Positions 37,631 through 51,000 of a stretch of 64,000 bases of DNA are shown one piece after another (the first letter of the stretch is position 1; every line of letters starts with the position of its first letter). A model generated the notes under the pieces. That model saw only the letters and a program-made list of their open reading frames with translations. It searched no databases and was not told the origin of the DNA. The position numbers and the translations under genes were made by a program. Location of the stretch: positions 1-64,000 of the forward strand of contig JAAILG010001212.1 of NCBI GenBank assembly GCA_012026655.1, read 5' to 3'. This stretch comes from Hydrolagus affinis (lineage: Eukaryota).

Positions 37631-39901
37631 TAGACTCTTCAATGATGTGTTAATGGGAGATATTAAGTCATTTTCTTCTTTACCTTGTTTCGTATGTTCT
37701 TAAACTAAAATTATTGGTAAATATTCATCTTTCAAATGAAACAGGGTGGACAATTCACTATGCAGACAGCTGGATCAAAGGGTTTATTAAATTGCAATCA
37801 ATTACAGAACTCATTTATTTTCTAAAGAGAAGCAATAGGTGAATGGTGCAGTGGCTGAGATGGTTAGAGGTTCAATTGGTTTCTCTTTTTGCAGGATAAA
37901 TAACCAATGGCGTTTTGAAATGTAAATCACCCACTTTGAAAGATTAAAATAACTAAAACCTAACTAACGTTTGCTTAAAATTTGGGAGGCATCAATTTTT
38001 GGGATCAGTTGTCTGTTTCTGGTCTGGTAGGAAATAGCACAATGAGATTTATAAACAGTTCTTTCAAAAAAAGTTTTGCGCGAATGAGTCGATATAATTT
38101 TACCATTTAGTTATACAGCTTGTCTGGTTTCTTGTCTGGTTTCAGTAAGTAATTTAAATATTAAAGGCTGCATCAGGGAATGAATTATGAAGCAAGATAA
38201 TGTAATATTTACAAAAAACATATATATTGTAGTTATGTTTATGACATGAAAATAGCACTGACCTATTAGAGTTCTGTGTCTATGGGATGGACGATTTGCT
38301 ACATCTGTATTTTTTAGGATTTAAAAAAAAGTAGCTGTGATTGAGTGCCACTGTGGTGCACTGATATCAACCATTCATAATTATTTGTGCCTGGTGCTCA
38401 AAAGCATTGGGTCGACTGCTTAGGTTAATCCTGCAAGCTGCTGGCTGGCTTGTTGGTTTCTTTGCTGTCAAATGTATCATTGACACAAATCTCCTGCAAT
38501 CCTTACACATTCATTAATCCTCACTGTACATTAATTTTAGTGACAACTCGGACAAGTTTAAAGATACGAAGCTGCCAACATGTTGAAGTGCAGTGATTCT
38601 GTTGGGGGGAAAAAGTGTTTTGGTTTGAAATAAGCCTTCTCATCATTTGGAGAAACTTTATAAAGTCAGCCAACCAGGATGGTCTCTTTTGTTATGGATA
38701 GGCTTAATAGAAATTCTGCAAAATCCAGTGTTGTGAAGAGGATATCTGTAAGTTTAATACAATCAATAATTCAAAGAGTTTCTATTTTAAGTCTCGTTTT
38801 CTTAAATGCATCATATCTATATTTTCTGACAGAAGTTGCAATTCACCAAATACATTTCTGCAAGTACAGTATTAGTTGTAAACAATTAGTTGAAATTACT
38901 ACCAATGGAAATTGCTTAAATTTGTACTTTTTAGATAGTACAACAGTGCAACAAGTGGAGACGGGAGGGAGATCACTCATTATCAGAAGTGATTTTTGAT
39001 GAGATAAACAAAGATCCCATTTTCAAGTTGAATTGGCTACTTAAAGATACTGCGATTGAAAAGAGAGGGGAGTTTCTCTTCGTGTCTTGGTTAAACACAA
39101 GAGGTACCAGTACATCTTATCCTTACAATCCTTTTCACAAAGGTGCAAACATCTAGGAAACTGCGGGGCTAATCCTGTCCAAATTGTATTGTTGATCTGC
39201 TACTAGATTTCAATTTTTAATTAAAATGATGCAATTTGCAGCCTGACTTCACACAGTATCAGAACAATGAAGCTGGTCAGTATGTAGGTGCGCTAGAATG
39301 TTACTGATTTGGAAACAAATGACAGTGACACTAAGACAGTAACACTAACATTTATTCCATCATCCCAAAAAATTATGTTTAGAAAACTATACATAAACAA
39401 TGATTACTGCCTAGGCTCAGACCTGAACAACTGAGACTTCTTTGAGTTTCCTGCTCAGTTGCCAGCCACAGAAGCATACCACAACGAGTCAGTCAGGCAG
39501 CAATGAATCAGTCAATTCTTGATCAATTATCTATTATACTACTCATACTAATTTTGACTCCTTTCCAAGGACGATTAGTGGTATGCAACAATACTTTGAG
39601 ATCCACATTTTGAGAGAAAGACTGATGCTGCTTTATCTGTGGTTTCATCTGATCCATTCATTACAGTTCAAAGCAGTTGAAAGGTTCTTTGAACACTGAA
39701 TCTATTACTGTGTGATAAATATATGGTGATAATTGCCTTTGTACTGAGCACACAAATTAATCTGCATCTATTAGCTACAAAAATGAACGACTGTGGGAAA
39801 TAAGCACTTAAATTATAATACAGTACTAGCAATACTATAACTTAAATTCTGGTTGAAATAATCCAAGTTGTTACTGACAACTAAGAGAACATGGTCTCAC
39901 C

Positions 39902-40000
39902 TAATAATAATCCTTGCATTTGATATTGCACCTTATCAAGTCTTCAAGACATCTCAAAGCTTCACAGAATATATTGTAAATGGAGTTTTGTGGGTGAAAT
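39902..40000 (-). mobile_element. SINE tail
   Basis: taataataatccttgcatttgatatt...gacatctcaaagcttcacagaata. Confidence 0.8.
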
Positions 40001-40019
40001 AATAACACCGAAATGCAGT

Positions 40020-40340
40020 TCACATTCAGTTTTATTCCGCCTTATGCTGAGTTTTCTGATATTCGAGCTGCAGCAAGGGTACTATAGTTAGCCTAATTGC
40101 ACTGGGAAGGGTAGAGAGAAAACAATAATCAACCAGGGTTCTTGCTACTGAATGCTATCCAACAAAGCTATTCAGAGCTGCACCTTGTGCACCTAGACTG
40201 AGTTCAACCTCAAAGCCCTCCTATGGCCAAACAACCTGGAAATGTACACTGGCATGGTTCACATTAAGAATGCATATGTGATTAAAATACTGTAGGGCAG
40301 CTAGCCTACATGAACTAGTCTTAGGAGAGAGGAGAAAACA
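40020..40340 (+). repeat. Old unnamed interspersed repeat copy
   Basis: tgctgagttttctgat...ctatagttagcct...aatcaaccagggttcttgctactga...gctatcca. Confidence 0.55.
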
Positions 40341-41212
40341 GGAGAGGAACAAAGTTTTAGCACAGTGTGACATGTGTTCTTGCCGATTCTAACGAACATA
40401 CAGCACATCCAGAGGGCTAAGTGCTGAAACCAGGTCTGCATTGCTACAGAATCGTCAAGTAGGTCTAGGACTTGGTATCAAACATACCAGAGATTATACC
40501 GACACAGCCTTCATTGTAAACAGGGTTTCCAAGAACGTCAGTCAGTCTTAAATCAATAATGTGCTCACTGCCTTTAAGTGATAGAGTTTTTTTTGATTAG
40601 AACTGTATGGATTATATATATTTTTAAAGAGTATTGTCAAAGTGGGGGGCATTAATGTTTTTTTTTAATAAAATCTCTTAAAAATGTCATCCAGCTACAA
40701 ATTCTCAGAAAATGTCAGCACTTCACTGCATTATTGTGAGACAGACATGCTATCAACGTAGGCTGCCAGACAACCTCAATACATGGTTGTGGACAGACTT
40801 GTCATTCAGTTGAATAGCGAAAAACCTTGAGACTGTATTGTGCATCTAAACTGAAAGGGCAGCGTACACTATACTATATCAAGAATGATTATATATCCTT
40901 TTTAATGGGAGTGGGGAAAAGCAATGTGTTCAAGGTGAGAGATGTCAGAGCTGGGGAGGAAGCAAGCAGTATATTTTCGTGCAATGCACTGAATATCAGC
41001 CTTGAGTCTTCAAAAGTAAATATCAGTCAGATTACAGATAAAACTAGTTTGTCACTGCTGATGCAAAGGTTCTTAACCCAAACTAGAAGATACTTCAATG
41101 AGACATTCGTTTTTTTTTAATAACATCTCTCAGTGAGACAGTCAATGTGATAATAATCTTTGCATCTGATATAGGGCATTATCACATCATTGAAAGGTCT
41201 TAAAGCGAGCCT

Positions 41213-41503
41213 GGAATCCTGTAGCTCAGTGGTTAGAGTACTCGCCTTGCAAGCAAGGGACTTGGGTTCAATTCCCAGCAGAGCAAAACCTTGGACAAGT
41301 TTCCTTCCTGCACACACCTGATAATAATCCCTCAAGAGAAAATCAATAATAAAATTGGTCACTTCAATCCACGACTGTTAGTAGCTGCCTCACTGCGCCC
41401 ACAAATATATACAATCAATTCACCATAGAGTATATTCTCTGAAGGGCTTTGAGGCATCTAGAAGACATGAAAAGCGATATACTAAATGCAAGAATTATTA
41501 TTA
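41213..41503 (+). mobile_element. Full-length tRNA(Ala)-derived SINE nested in an antisense SINE tail
   Basis: ggaatcctgtagctcagtggttagag (A box)...ggttcaattccc (B box)...(ATT)n. The host tail continues on both sides (41150-41207 and 41510-41560). Confidence 0.9.
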
Positions 41504-42732
41504 ATGCTATTAAAGTGCTTCACAGAATATATTATAAAGTGGTTTGCCTGTGCATTTTGTGGTAATCACGAGCTGTGAAAGTGGTCTGAACCTTCTGAAA
41601 CCATAGAAATTACAACCCAGCAGCAGGCCATTCAACCATTCGAGCTGGCAATGTTTCTTTATGTATTATATTTTGATGTAATGCATTTAGATTTTTTTTA
41701 AATGTGTTATTATTTCAGGCAGCATTTGTCTTGTGGTTCTGTTGATCTTTCAATCATCAGAAAAACATTTGTCCTCTCACAGAAAACTGGATTTCAACTG
41801 ATAAACGAATCACAATGATCCAACTCCCCCACCCCGGAATATAACCTCTCCCTCATTCCCTGTAATTGGTTTAAATGTACATCTTACAGCAGAGCACATT
41901 CCCATAAAATTAGTATTTCTTAATCATCTTCTCATCAAATTTTCAAAATAGATTTAAAACACAGATAATCTGCTTCAAACAACAAGAAAAATAATTATGT
42001 GGCAGGTTTTGTGAGCTCGATTTTATAATTTAAAAAAAACTAGTTCACAAAGGCTCCCAATTAGCAAACCGAATATCTAGGAAAACAAACTGACATTAAT
42101 GTCTTGATTTCAGAGGACTCAATTAAAATTCCAGATTGTCTCAACATAATTGGGAATCTCTGCATCATGATATCTAATGCATTTTCATTTAAAAAATATA
42201 TGTGCCAGCTTTTGAAGCAGTACAAACTTATTGTTCTGTTTTTTTTCGGAGGGGTCAGCCAGGTGTCTGACACATGTGGAAAACCATTACCCATCACCAT
42301 GCACACCAGATAAGAGTATGTATGCCAGCTATGCAATGAAAATTTCTACATGACTGGATTGGAATGCATACTGTTAACTCGCTAAAACAGCACAGCCTGA
42401 GAGCACTGTCTGGCAAGCTTCCCAATTATTGTCCAGCTGGGACCACCCTACACATTAAGGTTTAGCTTGTAGAGATAACAGAAGCCGAACGGGACAAATT
42501 TGTGTCCCCAGTCTGTCTCTCCAAGTCCTTCGATTGAGCCGGTCTGCCATCAGCAAAGCCTTGTGAGTCATAATAGTTGAGGTTGACACTTAGTTTAAGA
42601 TATGAGAGGCACCAAGCTAAATTCTGGCTTGCTATCAATGTCTATTTATAATAATAATCCTTACATTGTAATCACTGCTTCTAATGAATGCCATCTTGTT
42701 TGCTTGTTGTGAAGTCCTGCAGTTCAGTGGTT

Positions 42733-43036
42733 GTGGAGTCCTATAGCTCAGTGGTTAGAGCACTCGCCTTGCAAGGGAGATAGGGATTCGATTCCCAGCC
42801 AGAGTGAAACCCTGGGCAACTTTCCTTACATCACATGCCTGATAATATTCCCTCAAGAAAACAAAATCAGCAATAATTTGGTCACTCAATCCATGACTGT
42901 CTGTGGGACATTGCTATGCGCAATTGGCTGCCACATTTCGCCCACAAATCATACAGACAATTCACTTGACAGTTTATTCTGTGAAGTGCTTTGAGACGTC
43001 TAGAAGACGTGAACAGCACTATATCAAATGTAAGGA
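42733..43036 (+). mobile_element. Full-length tRNA(Ala)-derived SINE
   Basis: A box tagctcagtgg, anticodon loop CTTGCAA, B box gattcgattccc, body and L2-like tail. Confidence 0.92.
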
Positions 43037-43080
43037 AACGATTCTCCAACAAATGGGGACTTGTCTCATCCTGTAGATAT

Positions 43081-43411
43081 GTGGAGTCCTGTAACTCAGT
43101 GGTTAGAGAACTCGCCTGGCAAGCGGGAGACGTGGGTTCCATACCTGGCAGGGCAAAACTTACATGCCTGATAATAATCCTTCAAGGAAATAAATAAAAT
43201 AACAATTTGGTCATTGAATTCACGACTGTTTGCGGAACACTGCGGTGCGCAATTGACTGCCACGTTTTACCCACGAATATACAATCACTCCACTTTACAG
43301 TATATTCTATGAAGCAAATATACAGTCAATACACTTCACAGTATATTTTATAGAGATGTCCACAAGATGTGAAAAGCATTATATCAAATGCAAGGATTGG
43401 TATTATTATTA
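43081..43411 (+). mobile_element. Second SINE, head-to-tail with the first
   Basis: gtggagtcctgtaactcagtggttagag...atcaaatgcaaggattggtattattatt, with an internal duplication near 43275-43350. Confidence 0.9.
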
Positions 43412-44009
43412 TACATTAACCCACATTGCAAGAACTACTTAGTATTATCCAAAATATGGCTATTAATCTTTTCCAAATTAATTCATAACAGAAGGGGTGG
43501 ATCAAAAATCACAAAAAGGAACCAGTATTTATCAATTGTAATAAAAAAATGAAAAAATTGTAATAAAAAAATGAAAATTTATAACGGAAAATCATTTTCA
43601 ACATATGCTAACTCATCCGAAACTGTCCCTTTGTGTGTGCTGCACTATAGACCCAGCTGTACAACCTTGATGTAGCTGCTCAACAGTAAATAGTCCTTTG
43701 TGGATCAATTTAGCAACTTTCACTTTAATAAGTTGTAGCATTTATGCAGGTAGTTCTTCATCTCTCACTGCATATGTGGCACAACCTTGAAATAAGTTTT
43801 TTTTTAAAGTTTTCTCTCCTGGCTTTGAGGTACTGTAGAAACCTGCCTCCAAAACCAGTGTTCCCAGCGATCTCTGCTTTTGTTCCAAAAACAAAGCTGC
43901 CTGCGTCAACTCTTTTGACAATTTCAGGCTCCCAATTATTTTATTCCAATTAATCTTGCTGCCTATTTTTAAAACATTGTGTTGGCAAGTCACACCATTT
44001 TGATATAGT

Positions 44010-44190
44010 ATAATAATAATCCTTGCATTTTACATAGCGCTTTAGCTTGCTGTTGAGATATCTCAACGCATTTCACAGAATACATTGTAATGTGAATTGA
44101 CTATATATTTTTGTGGAAGAAATGCGACAGCCGATTTCAAACAAGCGTCCCACAAAGAATTGCAGATTAAGTGCCCAAATAATTATTTTA
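44010..44190 (-). mobile_element. Truncated SINE
   Basis: ataataataatccttgcatttt...tcacagaatac...cagccgatt...gtcccacaaa. Confidence 0.8.
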
Positions 44191-44199
44191 TTTATTTTT

Positions 44200-44395
44200 G
44201 AAGGATTACCCCCCGCAAAGTGAGGGTAATAATCCCATTTTGTCAATAGAGGTCCTACAATGGGCCTCAGCACCCATTCCTCAGGGTTAGGATTGGGGAA
44301 AATGTCAGTGTTCTCACTCCTAATTTCTATCAAACAATCCTGCTGGGGTTGCCCATGTGGATATATCAGACAAAGACAGGATCAAGCCAGACTTT
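44200..44395 (+). repeat. Old unnamed interspersed repeat copy
   Basis: cctacaatgggcctcagcacc...ggggaaaa...tcctgctgg...gacaggatcaagc. Confidence 0.55.
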
Positions 44396-44429
44396 TAATT
44401 CTCACTAAAAAAAAGGTAAAACCCTTTCT

Positions 44430-45061
44430 TTCTTTCCCCACCTCCTTCTCGGTTTGTCCTTATAAACTGGACGTTTCTGCTTGACTACGGGAACTCTCTC
44501 CTCGTCGGCCTTCCAAGCTCCTCCCTTCACAAGCTGCAGATCATTCAGAACTCTGCAGCTCGTGTACTCTCCCACACTAGGCTCCACGACCACATTACTC
44601 CCACCCTTGCCCGTCTCCACTGGCTCCATCCCCCAGAGGATCGAATTCAAGATCCTCATCCTCACTTTCAAGGCCATTCATAGCCTTGCCCCCACCTATC
44701 TCTCCGACCTGCTGTCTCCCTATCAGCCCGCCCATCACCTCCGCTCAGCAGGCTCTGGCTTGCTCCATGTCTACCGCCCTAACCGCCCATCGGTGGCCGT
44801 GCTTTCAGCCTCTGCTCCCACACTGTGGAACTCCATCCCGCAATCACTTCACCTCACTTCCTTTCTTTCCTCCTTCAAGGCCGGTCTCAAGATCTTCCTC
44901 TTTGACCGTGCTTTCTCCTCCCCTTCTAACTCTTCCACCTCTCCTACTCTCCTTCCCCCTTCCCCGACCCTTCTCTCCATGCTCGGGTCCCGACCTAACA
45001 GCACTTTGGGATGTCCTCCCGACGTTAAAGGTGTAATTTTGTTGTTGTTGTTGTTGTTGTT
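44430..45061 (+). mobile_element. L2 LINE 3' fragment, best preserved copy, with (TTG)n tail
   Basis: ORF 44481-45065 contains QRIEFKILILTFKAIHSLAPTYLSDLL...APTLWNSIP...FKAGLKIFLF, the L2 ORF2 C-terminus. Confidence 0.93.
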
Positions 45062-48000
45062 ATAAACTGGAGGTGAGCCTTGGTGAGTAATCATTTTCTC
45101 TTGAATACAATCTCTTTACTAACTGTTCCGTTATATAATAATTTCCTCCCCATTCCTTCTTTGATAATGAATCAACTTTCCAGTCAGTCAAATCCACTCA
45201 GCTACGAATTAAGCATGGCACTGTCATTTCAGGTTAACTGGTTTTCTAAAACGTACGATGAAGAACTTTAAACCGGATTTCTTCCTCCATAAACCATTAA
45301 TTCAAGTTATTTAAAGATTAGCAATTTTACAACAACAACAAAATTACACTCATAAAGCGCCTTTCACCTCGGGAGGACATCCCAAGGCACTGAACAGTCA
45401 GCAGGTCGCAGACTTTAATATCTGCGAGTCTTGCAAACAACCTAAAAGGCAATCATATTTACATTATTCAGTTAAAATGCTGCAATGTTTCAGAGATTTA
45501 ACTGTTTGTGTTTTCCTTGGTGCTAAGATTTTATGCAGTGAACTCACAAGTTGAAACTTACTATTCAGATGTCCAGCAATGCAGAAGCTTTCACAGCTCT
45601 CGCTCCAAAAAAAGAACAAGGTAAACGACAATCTTGATGAAACAGCTTCACCAGGCGCTGGAAAAAAAAACTGATTTACTTATTACATTGCCATTCGACT
45701 GCAAAAATAGTTCAGGCTGACTACGTTTAATTCCTAAATCTGAAACCTGCACAAATGTCTCAACAGCTCTAGAAAGTCCAATTTTAAGACTGTTGAGCTG
45801 CCCGTAACCATACTTTGCAAGCAGCCAGATGCAATTGCAGGATTAGTCCCAGACTTTGCACATTTTATATTTGCTTTATTGTGTGTATTTAAGGGTTTGC
45901 ATGGTGGCTCCATGTGTGCCATTCCACCAGAACTCAGACGATTATGCCATATAAGATTTATATAAATGTAATATAAAAAAGTTAATGGAAAATACAGTTT
46001 ATAAAGAAATGCATGGGGTGAGGGGGGAGGGGGGTGGGGTGGCTAATCTGTTCCTCCCTACACGCACTCCTCCTCACAGCACATTATAAAGTACTATATT
46101 ACCACACAGGATTACAGTACAATAGACTTCTGCATATTCAAAATAGTCCTGACTAAGAGGTATTTCAGCTTTGGAAAATTTTTCAGAAAAACTAGTGCTC
46201 AAAGATTGGGTTTAGATGAGTTTTTGAGCTGTCGGCACCAGAACTATTGGGCAGTGTAAAATGTAGAAATGAAATGTGGACAGGTTAAATTTATTTTTAC
46301 TCAAATGGAAATTGCAGTTACTTGCCTGCTACAAATATGGATACCGAAAGCAAGAGCGCAAGGTGGACAGTAAAACAGAATGAGAGTGGCTCAACAGATA
46401 CAAAAAAGGAATACCTGGTGAATTTCAAATACCCGGCAGCCACTGTAACTGCTGATTCTGTGGAACAATCTATAGCTCTGGCCTCTGCTTAATCCCAGTA
46501 AACTGAAAATATGCTGCAAATGTTGTTCGCAAGTTTTGGACACAGAGTGGATGGTTCAGTAAATTGGATCACTTTCCTTCCTAAGCAAAGATGTAGCTAA
46601 TATTAATAAAACACAGCATAGAACCCTGATCAATCCAATAAAACGAGTATCCAAAAGAAAATCTTTCATACGGGGCAAGAGGTTTTGATTGCTTCTGCAT
46701 ATTCAGCGAAAACAAATAATATGCATTACACAAAGCTACTTTTCAGAAATTGGTCAACACGGAATAAACGACTCCCACCTAACATCATTGCTTGGATGAC
46801 TTTAATTAGTTGAGATTTTCTCATGAAACTGAGTAAGGATAGAAAACTAGATACTGTAATAACACACAAACTGCTTAACCATAGTAGTGAAATAGTGCTG
46901 TATATTAGAAAGCAATTAAAATTAGAAGTTAGATTTTGATACATACAAGAGTTTAGAAAAAGTAACTGCCAGCTTATTAAAAAAAAGTACCATTTTACTT
47001 TCAGATAAGACAAAACAACATACTAGCATGCATATTTAACATTTACAATGAAATAGATATGTAACAACAACCAGTGTAAATTTTAGGATTCAGTCTGTGT
47101 CTGAGAACACATGGGAACTGGTATCTTTAATGCTGCATTCAGTTGTATGTCACTTCTCTTCCTGCAATGAGTATACCTCAACATCATTTATGCCTATTCC
47201 CTGGCAACTGAACAGCTTTGTCATGCAACCTTCTAAGCATCATTTTACAACCTATGCAGCTTTCACTTCACAGTTTGAGATGATTGGAGTGGTGGGGGGG
47301 AAGGGAAAAGGAGGCATTGGAGTCCCACATTGGAGGCATCAATTTAGTTCTCATTATTAATTCATTAAAGAAAGGACAAGTACAAAAGAGAGGACATAGG
47401 AAGACCAGCCTTACAATGCAAATTATGCTGAATCTCATTATAGCAAACCTGATCAGCCAGTGAAATTTTAATCACCAGATTTTTTTTTACAAAAAAAACA
47501 CGAATTGCACACACACGATCAATGTAAACACCTCTCATGTCTATCGCTGTTAATTATGGTTTTAGATATCATAATGACCAGAATATTTCAGTTCTCGCTC
47601 ATGTATAATGCAATTGTTGCATGTAATTCACTGAATTAAATAGGTGCACCACTGGAAGGAAAATTTTCAATTAAAGAAACACACTTTGAATGCACGCTGA
47701 AAACAATGCTGTTGCTGACATGGCAATTGCACAGGGGAGGTGGGTTGTGGGTAGGAAAGAAGAGTCTGGGAGAAGGAGCTCAGCTGAAGTCTTTCAGAGC
47801 CAAAGGTGGACCAAAATCCCCCTTAATTAGTTAATTGTGGTAGGTTTCAGGTTCAAATTCTATCCTTTGCTGAATTAGTCGATAATAATTCTTGCATTCA
47901 ACAACAACTTGCATTTATATAGCGCTCTTCGTGCCTGGTGGCGTCTGTGTATGCTTAAGGTATGTTTCATAGCAGGATGAAAAGTCAAAGTACTATATTT

Positions 48001-49267
48001 CATAGGATTTACTGTGAAGTGTAATGACTGTATACTATAGTGTTAGAAGTCATGTACCAGGCTACCCATACACACAACTTTTACATTAGTTCAGCATCTT
48101 GGAATGTCCTTCCGGCCTGAAAGGAACTATGCAAATGTAATTTGTTGTTGTTGTTGCGAATGTGCCCACAAGACATTTAAAAAATAAAAAACTTCATGAA
48201 GGGCTGCATGAACAAGAAATATCTGAAGTGGATATACCATTGCTTCTAGAAGGCAGGATATTTGAATGGCTTGAAGCAATACATCAATAAAATATACAGT
48301 ATCTGGAATATGTATTTTGTGGTGTGTGCCATTTCATTTAACAGCTATATGAAAGTTTTTATTTGGCATAATTGAAATCTAAAAAAAAAGTAATGATATA
48401 ATAGGCTGGAGAAAATATTGCAATACAGGATTATGCTCTACATGACAAAATGCCTTCATGGGGTTTGAAGACTTCAATTTCAACATATTTTCTGATGTTT
48501 CCATTTTTTTCTCCCCGGCCCTGTATTCCATCTGCCACTTTTTCTTCTTTTTCTCAATTTTATTTCCTTTTCTACCTTCTATTACTTTGAATATTCCCCC
48601 TTCATCACATTAAATTTGAATGGACACATTCATATTAAGGTGAAAACAGGGCAGCAAACTTGCTACCTGAAACAACTGACCAGCAATTGAAAAGAGAAAT
48701 GATTGGGTACAGACTGCAGTAAATAAATACTCAATGGGAAACAATGATTTCTATGTTGCTGAGGACAGGCAGAGGGGATTTTTATCTGCTGGAAATATGT
48801 GGGGACAGAGGAATATGTGCAGCTTTTTTTTATTGCTTTTATGCAAAGGTTCACACCAGGAGTTCCCAATCTCTGCAGGCAAATTGCTAAAGTGGGAGGG
48901 TATATTTCCTTACACAAGGAGGGGAGGAAAATATAATATGGTATAACTAAATGCTAAGTCAAACTGCAATCAACTGATGAGATGGATTGGATCCAGAACA
49001 GCACAAAGTGAGAAATGCAAAGGGGAACCTAAGAGGAAAACAAAACTCTGTGTAAATAAGCTACATCAAAAACCTTGATAGCTATATCACACTTTAAACT
49101 TGGATTACAGTTCTCATTATTAACCAAGAAAGTGGGAATTGCTCATTGAGCAACTTTGGGACTTCCTCCAGACGTGAAAGGCGCTATACAAGTGTAATTT
49201 TGCTGTTGTTGTTGTTCATAGAAGTGAAGGTCACATACCTTCACTTAACGTTATCCAATCTACTTCT

Positions 49268-49565
49268 AATAATAAATAATAATAATCCTTGCATTTGAGA
49301 TAGCGCTTTTCATGTATTCTGGATGTTTCAAAGCGCTTCACGGAATATACTGTAAAGTAAATTGACTGTGCATTTGTGGGTAAAACGCAACAGCCAATTG
49401 TGAACAGCAGTGTCCCACAAACAGTCATGGAGTGACCAAATTATCATTGTTTTTTCAGGCGTATGGAGTAAGAAAACTTGCCCAAGGTTTCACCCTGCTG
49501 GGAATCGAACGCGGAAGTCTCGCTTGCAAGGCGAGTGCTTTAACCACTGAGCTACAGGAATCCAC
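49268..49565 (-). mobile_element. Full-length tRNA(Ala)-derived SINE
   Basis: gggaatcgaac (B box, reverse complement), tctcgcttgcaaggcgagtg (intact anticodon arm) and ccactgagctacagga (A box, reverse complement). Tail-to-tail with an L2 tail at 49150-49216. Confidence 0.93.
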
Positions 49566-49999
49566 ATTGCTGACAGTTACATATCAGCATAGTGCAACAG
49601 AATAATTAATCCAAAAAAAACTACTGACATCTATCAGGTATTTAGATTCTGTTTTGCTTAGGAAAGCAATAGAATGCTTGACGAATGCATGTAACTTTCA
49701 CTAGTTGATGGGCAACAGATAATGTTGAATTAATCTGGAATGCTTAATATGCATGTCAACTCAACTGTTACAAGTTGAATTGTTATAGATGGACAACTGC
49801 CACACAATTATGACACTGTACACTTGAAGGATAAAGTTAAGCAATTTATGCTGATAAATACTTGGAATTGATACAATGCCTTCAAACATTGACGTCACTG
49901 AGTATCAAGGTTAAAACTGACGTGAGAAACTCCGGTGCAAGGTACTATATATACATATAGGAAATATGCGTCAGGTATTACATGGTTCAGTTTACAGCA

Positions 50000-50210
50000 T
50001 TATCACCTCCAACTCAGAAGAATGTGAACTCAAGTCCATGTCGGGACATTGAACTCACAGTTTAGGCAAACGATCTAAACCAGTGCTGGGAGTGTCATAC
50101 TCTGGACAAGAAGTTAAACCAAGATCCAGCCTGTTCAAGTGAATATTAATGATTCTAAGCACAAAAAGAGAAGGCAGCTTCCCCTGGACAAATAACAATA
50201 ACTTGAATAA
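50000..50210 (+). mobile_element. Degenerate Deu-domain SINE
   Basis: tcagaagaatgtgaactcaagtcca...gttaaaccaagatcc...ttcaagtgaatattaatgattc. Confidence 0.55.
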
Positions 50211-50639
50211 CAACTTGCATTTATATAGGACCTCCACGTGTGGTAGTGTCCTGGAGTTCTTGTAAATAAATTGTTCATTCACTTCAAATCAGGCTACTGT
50301 CAACTTCAGGCTCCTTGCAACATTTTTGACTCAAAAGACCTGATTAACATTGTTCCTTTTAATTTTCTTCCACTCACAGGAAATCTGCACCTATTAACAA
50401 AAAGGGCAGACTGCTCAATTCATTTGATATGATTTTCTATATTTTACAACCTCTTGAGTTGGAAGTTAAACGCTTGCATCACTTTGGATTGGCTGTCAAA
50501 ATGAAACATTTAAAGAATTTTAATCCGCCTGAACGTTGACTGAGGTGTCTCTGTGGAGTTTGCTCCAATGCTTGTTGAATATTCAGCTCACTGACAATTG
50601 CCTGAAAAGTGGGTGACTAGTTCTGAAGGGTTAGTTATT

Positions 50640-51000
50640 TGCCCCTGCATATACTTGCGAGGCAGTTTGTATTCTTCACTGAAGCTTGGAAAGAGTTCAC
50701 CCGGATGATACAGGGTATGAAACAATATACAGTACATCTGGCGAAATTGCTTTTTCTACTAGAACAGAGAAGATTGAAAGTGGAGAAGAGAGAGGAATTT
50801 AAGATTCTAAAACAGCACGGAAAAGTAAATAAGGGAAAACAATTTCCTTTAATTGAGGAATCAGTGACCAGGCAACTCTTTCTCAGGATTGTTTGCAAAA
50901 GCGAGGCTAGAAGGATAGTCTTTACACAGAGAGTTGCTAGGATGTGGAACTCACCAGCTCCATTCATTGCACCTGGTTGAGAGATATTTGGGTGATAGAG
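50640..51000 (+). mobile_element. Old CR1 LINE C-terminal fragment
   Basis: ORF 50639-50980 contains FTRMIQGMK...LEQRRLK...FTQRVARMWNS, the CR1 ORF2 end. Confidence 0.8.

Noticed and set aside
42733-42800. tRNA-Ala gene
   Set aside because: No acceptor-stem closure; it continues into the SINE body, and several diverged copies exist.
44481-45065. 194-aa ORF as a gene
   Set aside because: Frameshifted L2 ORF2 C-terminus ending in the (TTG)n tail.
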